DNA from: an uncultured virus (IMG/VR IMGVR_UViG_3300030333_008421)
Taxonomy: Duplodnaviria > Heunggongvirae > Uroviricota > Caudoviricetes
Length of the DNA stretch: 64,000 bases
IMG/VR virus record: IMGVR_UViG_3300030333_008421
Strand: one strand, 5' to 3'
Shown piece after piece: positions 28,920 through 38,621 of the stretch. Position numbers and translations under genes: made by a program. The notes below the pieces were generated by a model, which was given only the letters and a program-made list of their open reading frames with translations, was not told the DNA's origin and did no database searches. The first letter of the stretch is position 1. Each line of letters opens with the position of its first letter.

Positions 28920-29428
28920 TTGCTTTCACCTCCGAAAACTTGGCTGTCAATAACTCTTTTAACTACATCCATTTTTTGATTTTGTGCATTCTTAAGTGCC
29001 TGTCCGTGTTTAGCTATCTCCTGATCCATTTTCATAATTTCTGGGTTACGTGTTACACCTTGTAAAGTTCTTTCTAAATCACCACTAGTGGTAGTATCAA
29101 ATTCTTGTTCTTTCATACCCGGACCCATTTGAGCTGAACCATATTGTGTTTCACCCATTTCATCTTCGTCTTCCACGTGTTCATCTGGCTTAACTGTTCT
29201 TGGTTCGTAAGGTCTTAATTCCATATCCATGTGAGTAGCAATAGTAGCTGCTTTAAGTAGGTTTTCCTTTTCTTCCGGTGTAGCACCTAGCATAGATCTA
29301 GTACCTAGCAATTGATAAGCTATATCACGTATCTTACGAGCATCACCGATCGATATGGAAATTCTTGCGTCTTTATTTTCTTTGAAGAATTTGTCAAACC
29401 CTTCACTTATAGCGTCATCGAACTTCAT
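28916..29428 (-). CDS. Hypothetical late protein with capsid-targeting-like leader
   Basis: MKFDDAISEGFDKFFKE; TAAATA-N6-ATG. Confidence 0.55.
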   Translation of the reverse strand: MKFDDAISEGFDKFFKENKDARISISIGDARKIRDIAYQLLGTRSMLGATPEEKENLLKAATIATHMDMELRPYEPRTVKPDEHVEDEDEMGETQYGSAQMGPGMKEQEFDTTTSGDLERTLQGVTRNPEIMKMDQEIAKHGQALKNAQNQKMDVVKRVIDSQVFGGESK

Positions 29429-29437
29429 TGTCTATAT

Positions 29438-30007
29438 TTATTTAAAGAGAAGTTGTTTTGTTTTAAAGTTATTAAAGTAATCGCGCGATAAGAAATTAAG
29501 TTCGTACTTTAAAGCAAACTTCTTTACTTTCGAAAACGTAAAGTCTTCAATTTTAAATTTATTCATAGTGGAATTAATTTTCAATACGGTGCCTCTAGCT
29601 CTACCGTCGTCTTTTAATAATAACTCTTTAAAGAAAATCAATGATCTTTGTGAGACAACCACTTTTACAGGTAACATGTTACGAATAGTAACTAGAAATG
29701 TTGAAAGAAACTTAAGATATTTGTGTTCATCTAGATATTTTAACAATTCACTTTCGTAAAACTGCGTATTATTGAAGTAAAGTACTAATTTATTATTTGT
29801 TACATGAGAATTAAAATATTCAACAATTGTTTTAATAATATGATGATAAAATAGCTTTTTTATATCTTTATTTGATAATCCTCTTTCTTGAAAAACTTCT
29901 AATAACTGAAATTTATGTAAATCATCAATTAATTCGTGTTCAAATAACTTATGTATATTTTGAAAATCTATAAGCTCTATATTATATGCAGATAAGCTTA
30001 AGTTCAC
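29438..30007 (-). CDS. Hypothetical protein
   Basis: Clean ORF with TTGATT-N17-TAAAAT-N6-GTG promoter. Confidence 0.5.
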   Translation of the reverse strand: MNLSLSAYNIELIDFQNIHKLFEHELIDDLHKFQLLEVFQERGLSNKDIKKLFYHHIIKTIVEYFNSHVTNNKLVLYFNNTQFYESELLKYLDEHKYLKFLSTFLVTIRNMLPVKVVVSQRSLIFFKELLLKDDGRARGTVLKINSTMNKFKIEDFTFSKVKKFALKYELNFLSRDYFNNFKTKQLLFK

Positions 30008-30038
30008 GTAGTGATTTTAAACTATGTACCAATGTAAA

Positions 30039-30449
30039 TCAACTTAACTTTATTTTACCGATTCTCAAATTAATAATACCATTGTAAAAATCTTCTTTCA
30101 GCAGTACATCATTGTCAAATTGCATTTTAGCTTCATAATATGCTAATTCGCTTTTACTCTGACAAAATTTTAATATTTCAAATGTAAATTTATCTTTACC
30201 GTATCTTTCTATATCTTCGTTTAATTTATCTGATGAACCTGTATATGTCTTCCAATCTGTTTCCACTTCAACATGTCTTTTATTCTTTCTACCCTTAAGA
30301 GGAGGACGTTTCTTAATTGTACGAGCTTGTTTCTTACCTATATATTTCTTCTGGTTAACTGTGTTTGTAATTAGATAAATGAAACCGTAGAAGTGTGCGG
30401 GTATCTCTTTCTCTTCGAGATTATAAGACCAGTGACCGTAGTTATCCAC
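30039..30449 (-). CDS. Small GIY-YIG nuclease-family protein
   Basis: GFIYLITN...KKYIGKK, Y.GSS, F.FEIL, E..Q, FYN. Confidence 0.8.
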   Translation of the reverse strand: MDNYGHWSYNLEEKEIPAHFYGFIYLITNTVNQKKYIGKKQARTIKKRPPLKGRKNKRHVEVETDWKTYTGSSDKLNEDIERYGKDKFTFEILKFCQSKSELAYYEAKMQFDNDVLLKEDFYNGIINLRIGKIKLS

Positions 30450-30457
30450 CCAAAGAT

Positions 30458-30691
30458 TTATTTCTTTTTGGATTTTCTTCTACTCTTTTTCTTTTTCTTC
30501 TTTTTCTTTTTACGTCTTTGTACGACTTTAGCACCTAAAAACTTTGGCATTCTTGAATCACCAGGTGCGTAAAAATCACCAGAAAAAACTGAACCGTCCC
30601 AAGACCCTAAAGCACCACCGGAACCAGCAGTATTACCACCTTCCATTTCTCTCAATATAGATCTTAAGAATGCATTTTTAAATATTGACAT
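30458..30691 (-). CDS. Small protein with poly-Lys/Arg tail (candidate DNA-condensing internal protein)
   Basis: MSIFKNAFLRSILRE leader; RRKKKKKKKKSRRKSKKK. Confidence 0.55.
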   Translation of the reverse strand: MSIFKNAFLRSILREMEGGNTAGSGGALGSWDGSVFSGDFYAPGDSRMPKFLGAKVVQRRKKKKKKKKKSRRKSKKK

Positions 30692-30720
30692 TACTGGATT
30701 CCTATCAATAATTATTTATA

Positions 30721-31134
30721 GTGTCCGATACATTAGACAAGTATAGTCAAGAGTTAGAAGAGCATTTATCAATTGATGAGTTTAATTTAAAAAATACTCA
30801 ATTAATGCTACCGGGTCGTAAACATATATGGGTGGGTAGGTTAATGAGGCATAAACGCGAGCTAAATCAACTTAAAGATCTTAAAAAAGAAAAGATTGCT
30901 ACTTTAACCCGTGCAGTACAAGAACAAAGTAATGTAAGATTAACAACACCTAATGCAGAAAAGGTTGCTGAAAATTCAGAAACAATTAAAGATATTAACA
31001 AACNNNNNNNNNNCAAACAAATCCAAGAACAGATACTTTTAATTGACTATCTAGAAAAGGTTGAAAAAATTATGAGTTCTATTGGGTTTGATATTAAAAA
31101 TATTATTGAAATTAATAAATTAGAAACATTATGA
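30721..31134 (+). CDS. uvsY: Recombination mediator UvsY-like (contains a 10-N gap)
   Basis: 137-aa helical protein, L.IDE..L, IDYLE...K......FDIKN.I C-terminal motif. Confidence 0.7.
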   Translation: MSDTLDKYSQELEEHLSIDEFNLKNTQLMLPGRKHIWVGRLMRHKRELNQLKDLKKEKIATLTRAVQEQSNVRLTTPNAEKVAENSETIKDINKXXXXKQIQEQILLIDYLEKVEKIMSSIGFDIKNIIEINKLETL

Positions 31135-31619
31135 GTTGGCTTGACATAAGACTTATATTATTTGATATCGACGGAGTATTGACTGATGGAAAGGCAGCAT
31201 ATAATGAAAAAGGTGAAGTAATATCTAAAACATATAATCAAAAAGATATTACAGGTTTAAGAAGATTAAAAAATGAGCTTAATATTAATGTAGCTTTATT
31301 TTCTGGAAGTTTAGACATAAACCCTGCTTTCGCTAAGCGAAGAAAATTTCCCTTTTTACATGTAAACCATAGTAAAGGTGAAAATAAGAGTCAAAAATTA
31401 AATGATATTTGTTTTGATTTTAATACACCAGCATCTCAAGTTGGGTTTGTGGGGGATGATATTCAAGATTTAGAAATAATGAAAAGAGTTGGTTTTGCTT
31501 TTTGCCCTGAAGATGCTATTCCAGAAATAAAAAGAATATCGTGCGTTTTACCCGTTAAAGGTGGAGAAGGGGTTGCAGCTCATCTATTTGAATATCTTTC
31601 AAACTCTAATAAATTGTAA
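31131..31619 (+). CDS. KdsC/YrbI-family HAD sugar-acid phosphate phosphatase
   Basis: LFDIDGVLTDG, VGDDIQD, CPEDA, GGEG. Confidence 0.85.
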   Translation: MSWLDIRLILFDIDGVLTDGKAAYNEKGEVISKTYNQKDITGLRRLKNELNINVALFSGSLDINPAFAKRRKFPFLHVNHSKGENKSQKLNDICFDFNTPASQVGFVGDDIQDLEIMKRVGFAFCPEDAIPEIKRISCVLPVKGGEGVAAHLFEYLSNSNKL

Positions 31620-31622
31620 CAA

Positions 31623-32354
31623 ATGAATGTTGTTATACCAATGGCTGGTAAAAGTACAGCTTTTAAAGAAGTTGGAATAGATACACCCAAACCATTCATC
31701 GATATAAAAGGTAAAACCATGGTGCAAAGAGCTTATGAAAGCTTAAACATCGACGGTGATTATCATTTTATGGTATTAAAAGAGCATGAAGAAAAATATA
31801 ATGCTTACGATATAATATCCAGTTTTTGTCCAGATGCACGAATAATTTTTATCGATGAAGTAACTAGTGGCCCAGCAGAGACATTATACAAATCAAAAGA
31901 CCATCTTAAAAACAACGGACCTTTAATCCAGACTAATGTAGATCAAGTTTTAGAATGGGATAGTAGCAGATTTATAAAGTTTATAAAAGAAAAGGACCCT
32001 GACGGGGCTGTTGTAACCATTAACACATGTGATCCTCATTACAGTTTTATTAAACTAAACCATCAACATATTGGAATGTTAATGTCTGAAAAAGAATGCA
32101 TTTCCAATAACGGATTAATAGGTACTCATTATTGGAAAAGTGCAGACTTATTTTATGACTCATTTGTAGGTGCAGATAAAAAAGGTTATCGTTACCCGAA
32201 AGGTGATGATGATGCTGAAATTTATGTTTCTTTAACTTACAACGATCTTATAGATAGAGGTTATATCATTCACGACTTTAAATTAAAACAATCTGAAAAA
32301 CAACATGTGGTCGGTGATCTTCCATCATTAAAACAATATGAAGACAAACTCTGA
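31623..32354 (+). CDS. Sugar-phosphate nucleotidyltransferase (NTP_transferase, GT-A fold)
   Basis: VIPMAGK...F...PKPFI, T.GPAET, NVDQ, SEKE.IS, EIYVS..YN. Confidence 0.8.
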   Translation: MNVVIPMAGKSTAFKEVGIDTPKPFIDIKGKTMVQRAYESLNIDGDYHFMVLKEHEEKYNAYDIISSFCPDARIIFIDEVTSGPAETLYKSKDHLKNNGPLIQTNVDQVLEWDSSRFIKFIKEKDPDGAVVTINTCDPHYSFIKLNHQHIGMLMSEKECISNNGLIGTHYWKSADLFYDSFVGADKKGYRYPKGDDDAEIYVSLTYNDLIDRGYIIHDFKLKQSEKQHVVGDLPSLKQYEDKL

Positions 32355-33153
32355 TTTATCTATTTTAGTTTTAAGTTCTGATGCATATCAACCAATTATA
32401 AAAATTTGGGACTTTTATTTTCAAAAAAATTGGAAAGATTGTCCTTATAAAGCATATACAGTATGCAATAAAACCAAATATGAAAGCGAAAAGGTTGAAT
32501 GTTTTGAAACGGGTGTTGAATATGATGAATTTGCTAATCATTTTAAACCTATGGTGCTTCATGCACTAAACAAAATAAAAACAAAGTATGTTTTGTTTAT
32601 GGTAGAAGACCAGATTATAGTTAATCCTGTAATAAACGAAAATATATCGCAAGCTCTTAACTATATGGATAAACACGACATTACAAAGTTAAGGTGTTTA
32701 TCTATGCCTGAACCAGATGAACCTTTAATTGAGGAAGAAGGTATTATTACTAATAAAAACTTCGGTTTTATATCTCTTGATAATGAGTACAGATGCTCTT
32801 TACAGTCTGCTATATGGAACAAGGAAAGGTTTATTGAATTATTAAATGTTCAAGAAGATTATTATTCAGGATGGAACCTGGAAGTAGGTCAACATTTTAG
32901 AGATCATTCCAAACAATGGAAGTTTATGGCATGTCGACACGGTAAAGGTGGGGATCTTTTAACTAGAGATTTATTTGAAGGTCAAACCGATTCACCTATT
33001 TTGCAGTACGTGGAATTAATAAGGTGGGGTCAATTAGATAGAATTTATGTAGACTTTTTTAGACAAATGTTTAAGGAAGATGGTGTGGATATAAACACGT
33101 CAGAGTACGAAAAGTTCGGAGTCTTTAAGAAAAAAGAAGATCTTCCACTATAA
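32338..33153 (+). CDS. Putative GT-A glycosyltransferase
   Basis: ILVLSSDAY, KTKYVLFMVED, SLQ.AIWNK, W.LE; polysaccharide-cluster type protein. Confidence 0.5.
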   Translation: MKTNSDLSILVLSSDAYQPIIKIWDFYFQKNWKDCPYKAYTVCNKTKYESEKVECFETGVEYDEFANHFKPMVLHALNKIKTKYVLFMVEDQIIVNPVINENISQALNYMDKHDITKLRCLSMPEPDEPLIEEEGIITNKNFGFISLDNEYRCSLQSAIWNKERFIELLNVQEDYYSGWNLEVGQHFRDHSKQWKFMACRHGKGGDLLTRDLFEGQTDSPILQYVELIRWGQLDRIYVDFFRQMFKEDGVDINTSEYEKFGVFKKKEDLPL

Positions 33154-33162
33154 ATAAAGCTA

Positions 33163-33453
33163 ATGAAAAAACTACATAAAGTCGGGGTGCTGTCCTTAGC
33201 TAATGTTTTAGCATTACTAGGGGCACTAACAGGGGCGATCAAAGTTGCAGTTTTTCCGGTATTAGCACTTATTGCTGGTGGCGGTTTGGGCGACTTAGAT
33301 GCAGCCATAAACACAATTGGTGATTCTGTAACTGCTAACATTAAAGACGTTGTTTCTTTTGCAGTTGCTGGATGGCTTGGTGGTGCAATATATGCATACC
33401 TATTAAACATAGTCTTAGGATGGCGTAAAGGTCTTGATATAGAAATTAAGTAA
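33163..33453 (+). CDS. Small two-TM membrane protein (DUF3566-like)
   Basis: L.KVGVLS.A...two hydrophobic helices...GLDIEI; TATAAATA-N6-ATG. Confidence 0.6.
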   Translation: MKKLHKVGVLSLANVLALLGALTGAIKVAVFPVLALIAGGGLGDLDAAINTIGDSVTANIKDVVSFAVAGWLGGAIYAYLLNIVLGWRKGLDIEIK

Positions 33454-33745
33454 TAATACTAATAACTTTACCTACATTATCCCAAGACACCCTGTCTATT
33501 TTTAGACAGGGATTTTTATCCACATTACCTAGTCTTAATCCGTATACTTTTTCTTGTCTTGTTACAATGTCATTAATAAAATCATCTAGATGTATTGTTT
33601 TTATCCAATGGTAATAAATGTCTTTATATTCATTTTCCGATACTTCTAATACAAAATCAGTTTCGAACGACAAACAAACGGCTCTTAAAGCCAGACTTTC
33701 TGAAGGTGGCTCCACTATGCCTTCATAAAATATTAAAGGCAGCAT
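33446..33745 (-). CDS. Hypothetical late protein
   Basis: ORF with TAAATA-N5-ATG. Confidence 0.5.
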   Translation of the reverse strand: MLPLIFYEGIVEPPSESLALRAVCLSFETDFVLEVSENEYKDIYYHWIKTIHLDDFINDIVTRQEKVYGLRLGNVDKNPCLKIDRVSWDNVGKVISIIT

Positions 33746-33758
33746 TTAAATATTTATC

Positions 33759-33786
33759 TTGAAAAGGGCGGTAAATTCTTTATAAT
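33759..33786 (+). promoter_or_regulatory. Early promoter TTGAAA-N16-TATAAT, 7 nt before uvsW ATG (33794)
   Basis: Direct reading. Confidence 0.7.
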
Positions 33787-33793
33787 CAGAGTG

Positions 33794-35236
33794 ATGGTTA
33801 CGTTCGAGTACGACACTAGAAAGCGTCAAGCTGTAATAAAAACAGAACATCTTAATTCAATTAGAGAACATTTTTCATTTGAAAATGAAGGCGCAAGATT
33901 CGCAAGACGTTACGGGAGATATATGCCTGCTCGTACTTATGTAATCACACCCGCAGGAAAATATGAAGTAGGCTTAACAGCAAATATTATTCAATACATT
34001 AAAAAAGAGTATCCTGAAGAAAAAATAGTCTTGGATAGTTCAATAAAAAAGGCTATTAAACCAAAATTTAAAAATTCATCTGATATTAAATTAAAATTAG
34101 AGTTAAGAGATTATCAAGATGAAATAGTAGAAGAATGTGTTGAAAAAGGTCGCGGTGTTATCATGTTAGCAACAGCAGGTGGTAAGACTTTAACCATGGC
34201 AAACTTACTAGAAAGAGGTTACGCTGAATCTAAACAAGATACTTGGAAAGTTTTAGTTATAGTTCCTGATTTAGGTCTTGTGAATCAAACATTTTCTGAT
34301 TTTGAAAATTATGGTGTGACTTTTTCATTCTCAAAGTGGACAGGTAATAACGATTTAGATATTACCAGTAATGTGGTTATAGCTAACTTAGGTATATTAC
34401 AGAGTGAAAAAACAGACTTAGAATGGATACAATTTTTAGACGTTTTGGTTATAGATGAATGTCATAAAGTCAGACGTTCAAACAAAGTAAACAAAATAAT
34501 TAAATCTATACAGACTCACAACAAGTTCGGATTTACAGGAACGTTACCAGATAATAATTCCGATCAGTGGAACATTATAGGCAAAATCGGGCCTGTAATA
34601 TACCAAAAAAGAAGTTATGAACTTCGTGTAGAAAAGTATGTAACTAATGCAGTTGCTCATATAATTAAGTTACATTACCACACTAAACCTAACTATAGTG
34701 TTGAGTTAAATGACCCAGGTGAAAGGTATAGACAAGAATTTGAATTTTTATTCGAAAATACTTTTCGTAATAATGTAATTGATAAACTAACAACGGGTGT
34801 TAAAAATAATTCGTTAATACTTGTCGATTATATTAAGCACGGAGAAGCTTTATATGAAAAACTTAAAAATAACAATGAAGGTAAACAAGTATACTTTATA
34901 AGAGGTGAAGTCGATGTTGAAGAGCGTGATAAAGTTAAAAAACTTATTGAGCGGGATAATAATATTATTTGTATTGCAATTAGCCGGATTTTTTCTACTG
35001 GGATCAGTATTAATAATTTACATTATATTGTATTTGCCTCTGGCGGTAAAGCAAAAATTAAAATTCTTCAGTCAATCGGAAGAGGATTACGACTGCATGA
35101 AAATAAAAACAAATTAGTTATTATAGATATAGCAGATCAGTTACGTTATGGTGGTACGCATTCTGATAAACGATTAGAATTATACCAACAAGAAAATATA
35201 AATCTTAAAATAACCAATATTAAGGAAAAGAGTTGA
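33794..35236 (+). CDS. uvsW: SF2 DNA helicase
   Basis: LRDYQ, ATAGGKT, DECH, GFTGT, FSTGISI, QSIGRGLR. Confidence 0.93.
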   Translation: MVTFEYDTRKRQAVIKTEHLNSIREHFSFENEGARFARRYGRYMPARTYVITPAGKYEVGLTANIIQYIKKEYPEEKIVLDSSIKKAIKPKFKNSSDIKLKLELRDYQDEIVEECVEKGRGVIMLATAGGKTLTMANLLERGYAESKQDTWKVLVIVPDLGLVNQTFSDFENYGVTFSFSKWTGNNDLDITSNVVIANLGILQSEKTDLEWIQFLDVLVIDECHKVRRSNKVNKIIKSIQTHNKFGFTGTLPDNNSDQWNIIGKIGPVIYQKRSYELRVEKYVTNAVAHIIKLHYHTKPNYSVELNDPGERYRQEFEFLFENTFRNNVIDKLTTGVKNNSLILVDYIKHGEALYEKLKNNNEGKQVYFIRGEVDVEERDKVKKLIERDNNIICIAISRIFSTGISINNLHYIVFASGGKAKIKILQSIGRGLRLHENKNKLVIIDIADQLRYGGTHSDKRLELYQQENINLKITNIKEKS

Positions 35237-35271
35237 TATTATACTTTCATATACTATAATATGATTTAGAT

Positions 35272-35757
35272 ATGCAATCAAAAAAGCCAAAAAACGGAGT
35301 TAAGATCAAGCCTAAGAGCAAAGAACACTACGTTAACTCTAAAGAATTTAAAGAAGCTATTGCAGAATATTATAAAACAGAAGTGTGTAGTGAAGAACTT
35401 GGTGAAATGATAACCAAAATTGCAAAAGGGTTAAGTTATGCACCAAATTTTATAAACTACTCATATAAAGATGAAATGATTGGTGATGCTGTCGTTAAAA
35501 TGTTTACAGCGTTGTTTAATAAAAAATTTAATCTAGAAGCAACTGATAGTGAAGGCAAAAAGTACAACCCATTTTCATACTTTACAACGATTGCATTTCA
35601 CGCTTTCATTAATCGTATTAAGAAAGAAAAACGTCATCACGAAGCTGTAAATGAATATAAAGAAAGAGTATATGAACAAACCTTAAATGACTCTGATAAT
35701 GCTACACAGAAAGTTTATGTTAAACCGGTAAGTGAAGATGATCTTTATTACGGTTAA
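35272..35757 (+). CDS. gp55: T4 gp55-like late-transcription sigma factor
   Basis: HYVN..EF, KIA.GLSY.PNFINYSYKDEMIGDA, NPFSYFT.IAF.AFINRIKKEK. Confidence 0.93.
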   Translation: MQSKKPKNGVKIKPKSKEHYVNSKEFKEAIAEYYKTEVCSEELGEMITKIAKGLSYAPNFINYSYKDEMIGDAVVKMFTALFNKKFNLEATDSEGKKYNPFSYFTTIAFHAFINRIKKEKRHHEAVNEYKERVYEQTLNDSDNATQKVYVKPVSEDDLYYG

Positions 35758-35762
35758 AGTTC

Positions 35763-36770
35763 TTAAGCATAAGAACTAATCATATCCCAAGTTTTATAAA
35801 ATCTTATTTTCTTATCCACATCAGGATCTTCACCCATATCAACAAACGACGGGTCATTTTTACTATCGTGATTCCATTCAGTAAAATCTAAAGTAAAATG
35901 GTTTCTAATTTTCCAATAAGCTGATAAAATAATTTCTTCAGTAAAGAAATCAGTTTTAGGTGGTCTTGTAGCAGCAAGTTTAATTAATGCTTTTTCGTAA
36001 AATTCGAACAAAGCTTTGAACTCGGTAGGTTTAATACCAATAACACCACCAACTAACTGCATTTCAATATGATCAAGTTTATCTACACCATATTCTTCTT
36101 GTAACAATTCTTCTAATACCTTTACATGGTGTTTATTATACCATAAATTGTTATGTTTAGATGTAAACATACCGTGCTTTTCGATTAGATTGTTTATACC
36201 TTTACCTATTTGTGGTGTATACATATTGTTTTTGTTATAGGGGTAATAATGCTTTTTGTTAAAGAAGTTATTAATTTCGACCCCACCTTTACTAAACGGG
36301 TTTAAACCCCAGTGAGTAATACCACTATCAACCCATACAACATTATCAGTATCATATGGGTTTTCATCTGCAATATCTTTTAAGAAGTATAATTTTCTGT
36401 GACATAACACTTCGTTACGAGCATGAAAAAACCCAGGTTCATCAGGATTAGTTTTTCTTCTTTCTTCTACTTCTTTTGTAGCATAGTCCCAATATATCTT
36501 TTTATGTTCACAAATCTTATCTGCAAATTTAAAATCACCAATAGGCGAGTTTTTAATAACCCACTTGTTTTCCACTCCTACAGAATCTAAGTAATCTAAA
36601 AATCTTCTTATTTTCCATTCACCCCTATCATCTGTATACACTACAGTTGGTAATCCAAAATTATAAATGTTTTGAAATGAAGAAAAATAATATTGTTCTT
36701 GCCAACAACGACCCCCATATTTGCCTTCTCTATCGCCGTAATATATTGCAGTTACTAAGGTTGTACTCAT
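35763..36770 (-). CDS. HtrL/YibB-like glycosyltransferase
   Basis: TTLVTAIY, K.YFL.....ENPYDT...WVDSG, VGG, TEE; start revised to ATG 36770 (TATATA-N5). Confidence 0.6.
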   Translation of the reverse strand: MSTTLVTAIYYGDREGKYGGRCWQEQYYFSSFQNIYNFGLPTVVYTDDRGEWKIRRFLDYLDSVGVENKWVIKNSPIGDFKFADKICEHKKIYWDYATKEVEERRKTNPDEPGFFHARNEVLCHRKLYFLKDIADENPYDTDNVVWVDSGITHWGLNPFSKGGVEINNFFNKKHYYPYNKNNMYTPQIGKGINNLIEKHGMFTSKHNNLWYNKHHVKVLEELLQEEYGVDKLDHIEMQLVGGVIGIKPTEFKALFEFYEKALIKLAATRPPKTDFFTEEIILSAYWKIRNHFTLDFTEWNHDSKNDPSFVDMGEDPDVDKKIRFYKTWDMISSYA

Positions 36771-36795
36771 AGGTTTATATACTATCATATTTACT

Positions 36796-37857
36796 GTGGG
36801 CAATATAAATTTCAAACAATCAAAAATATGTTGTATCTCAGATATTCATCTTGGAGTTCACCAAAATAACAATAACTGGCATAAAATTTTGATTGAATGG
36901 GCAACCTGGCTCGATAAAGAACTTAAAAAGAAGAAAATTTTCGATATAATGATTTGTGGTGATTTATTTCACTACAGGGATGAAATTGCAGTAAATAGTT
37001 TACAAGTTGCAAAACAGTTTTTTGATATTTTAGAAGATTATAATATTGTAATGATTACAGGTAATCATGACTGTTACTATAAAGATACCAGTACTGTTAA
37101 TTCATTATCGTTATTTGGTGGTTGGAAAAATATTACTGTAATTGATACCCTTACTGTAGATGATATTTTCGATAAAAGAGTTTCTTTTGTACCTTGGGGA
37201 GTTAATGTAAAGGATATTCCTAAATGTGATCTTGTTTTTGGTCATTTTGAACTCACCGACTTTAAAATGAACAATTTTAAAATTTGTGATCATGGTGATA
37301 GTCCTGAATCTCTTTTAGATAAATCAAAAATGATCATAACTGGTCATTTTCATTTACGGTCTGAACGAAAGTATGACGAAGGTAAAATTTTATATCTAGG
37401 TAACCCCTTTCAAATGGATTTTGGTGATGCGGAAAGTAGAAAAGGGTATTACATCTTAGACTTTGACGACATACAAAACCCTAAATTCACTGAAAATAAA
37501 GTATCACCAAAACATATTAAGTTACTTTTAAGTGACCTTATTAAACATGACGGGGTAACACCTGAACTTAAACAGCTGATAAAGGGTAATATAATAAAAT
37601 TGGTTATTGATAAAAATATTCAAGGTGATGATTTAGATATTATTATGATATGTTTGAATAACTTAAAGCCTTTTTCGATAACTGTTGACTACGAAATAAA
37701 TTTTAATAAATTTTCGGTAGAAGGCGAATTAGACTTTGAATATTCGGGTGTTGATTATGAATCAACCATAACAGAGTTTGTTACAATGTTGGATATTAAC
37801 AATAAAAAAGACGTCATTCAATATACAATAGATTTATATAAGTCATGCAAGGAGTAG
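36796..37857 (+). CDS. gp47: gp47 Mre11/SbcD-like nuclease
   Basis: SDIHLG, GDLF, GNHD, GHF, TGHFH metallophosphoesterase motifs; TTGTAC-N16-TATCAT-N7-GTG. Confidence 0.92.
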   Translation: MGNINFKQSKICCISDIHLGVHQNNNNWHKILIEWATWLDKELKKKKIFDIMICGDLFHYRDEIAVNSLQVAKQFFDILEDYNIVMITGNHDCYYKDTSTVNSLSLFGGWKNITVIDTLTVDDIFDKRVSFVPWGVNVKDIPKCDLVFGHFELTDFKMNNFKICDHGDSPESLLDKSKMIITGHFHLRSERKYDEGKILYLGNPFQMDFGDAESRKGYYILDFDDIQNPKFTENKVSPKHIKLLLSDLIKHDGVTPELKQLIKGNIIKLVIDKNIQGDDLDIIMICLNNLKPFSITVDYEINFNKFSVEGELDFEYSGVDYESTITEFVTMLDINNKKDVIQYTIDLYKSCKE

Positions 37858-38612
37858 GTATAGTAGTTTTTTCTTTAGGAGGTAAACCTTTAACTAGATG
37901 TATCAGAGGACTTGGAGATTTAACTGAGAACACAGTTTTAATCATAGATGGTAACAATCAAGCACCTGTAGATAAATCAAAGTTTAAGAATGTTATTACA
38001 TTTGCTAAAGAAAAGTATCCCAGTGCATGTTATAATGTTGGAATTAGGGAACTACTTAAAGACGAATCTATTGAACATATATTTTTGTTAAATGACAGTA
38101 TAGAAATAATTGACGAAACGGTTTTTGAAGATTACATTAATACTTCAAAGAAAATGAATCTTAAATGTCTTTATTATTGTGTAAAAGAAGACGACCCTTT
38201 TGGTGAAGATGTAAATGTCAGAATGAAACTCGACGTAAAAGACGATACCGTATCATTAAATTACGGTACAAGTGGTGGGTTTGTTTATACCCACACAGAC
38301 GTTTATGAAAAGGTAGGTTTCTTGGATGAAAGATATAGAGCTGCGATGGAATGGTCTGATTTTGCTTACAGGGTTTCACAGAAAAATCTTAGTACACCAT
38401 TTTTATGGTTTCCGAGTTTAGAAAGTGCAAAAAATAAAATTGTCACCAACGTTAATAACGATAAAAGATATGAAGAAGACTTTGAGGACAGGCTTGTCAG
38501 AGGTATGAAAATATTTTACCTAAAATTTAAATGTGAAATTAAAGATTTGGTGGATACTTTTTCTAAACAAGACGTGATTGATAAGTTGAAGAAAAAGGTA
38601 CGTACAGTATAA
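37845..38612 (+). CDS. GT2-like glycosyltransferase
   Basis: HIFLLND, VGFLDERY..AME..DF.YR, STPF.WF resemble the GT2 at 3870-4820. Confidence 0.6.
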   Translation: MQGVGIVVFSLGGKPLTRCIRGLGDLTENTVLIIDGNNQAPVDKSKFKNVITFAKEKYPSACYNVGIRELLKDESIEHIFLLNDSIEIIDETVFEDYINTSKKMNLKCLYYCVKEDDPFGEDVNVRMKLDVKDDTVSLNYGTSGGFVYTHTDVYEKVGFLDERYRAAMEWSDFAYRVSQKNLSTPFLWFPSLESAKNKIVTNVNNDKRYEEDFEDRLVRGMKIFYLKFKCEIKDLVDTFSKQDVIDKLKKKVRTV

Positions 38613-38621
38613 TTGTACTAG

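Noticed and set aside
27863..28953. Plus-strand ORFs 27863-28192, 28193-28420, 28627-28953
   Set aside because: Antisense shadows of the coupled minus-strand operon, Ser/Phe-rich, non-ATG starts
30039..30449. GIY-YIG protein as intron-encoded or mobile homing endonuclease
   Set aside because: Only 136 aa, no C-terminal DNA-binding repeats and no interrupted host gene; gp43 also appears free of inteins and introns
31004..31013. Run of 10 N inside uvsY as a possible insertion or variable site
   Set aside because: Flanks repeat (AACAAAC / CAAACAA), typical of a scaffolding gap; the protein probably reads INKQIQE
33045..33410. 121-aa minus-strand ORF
   Set aside because: Antisense to the membrane-protein gene that has a TATAAATA promoter
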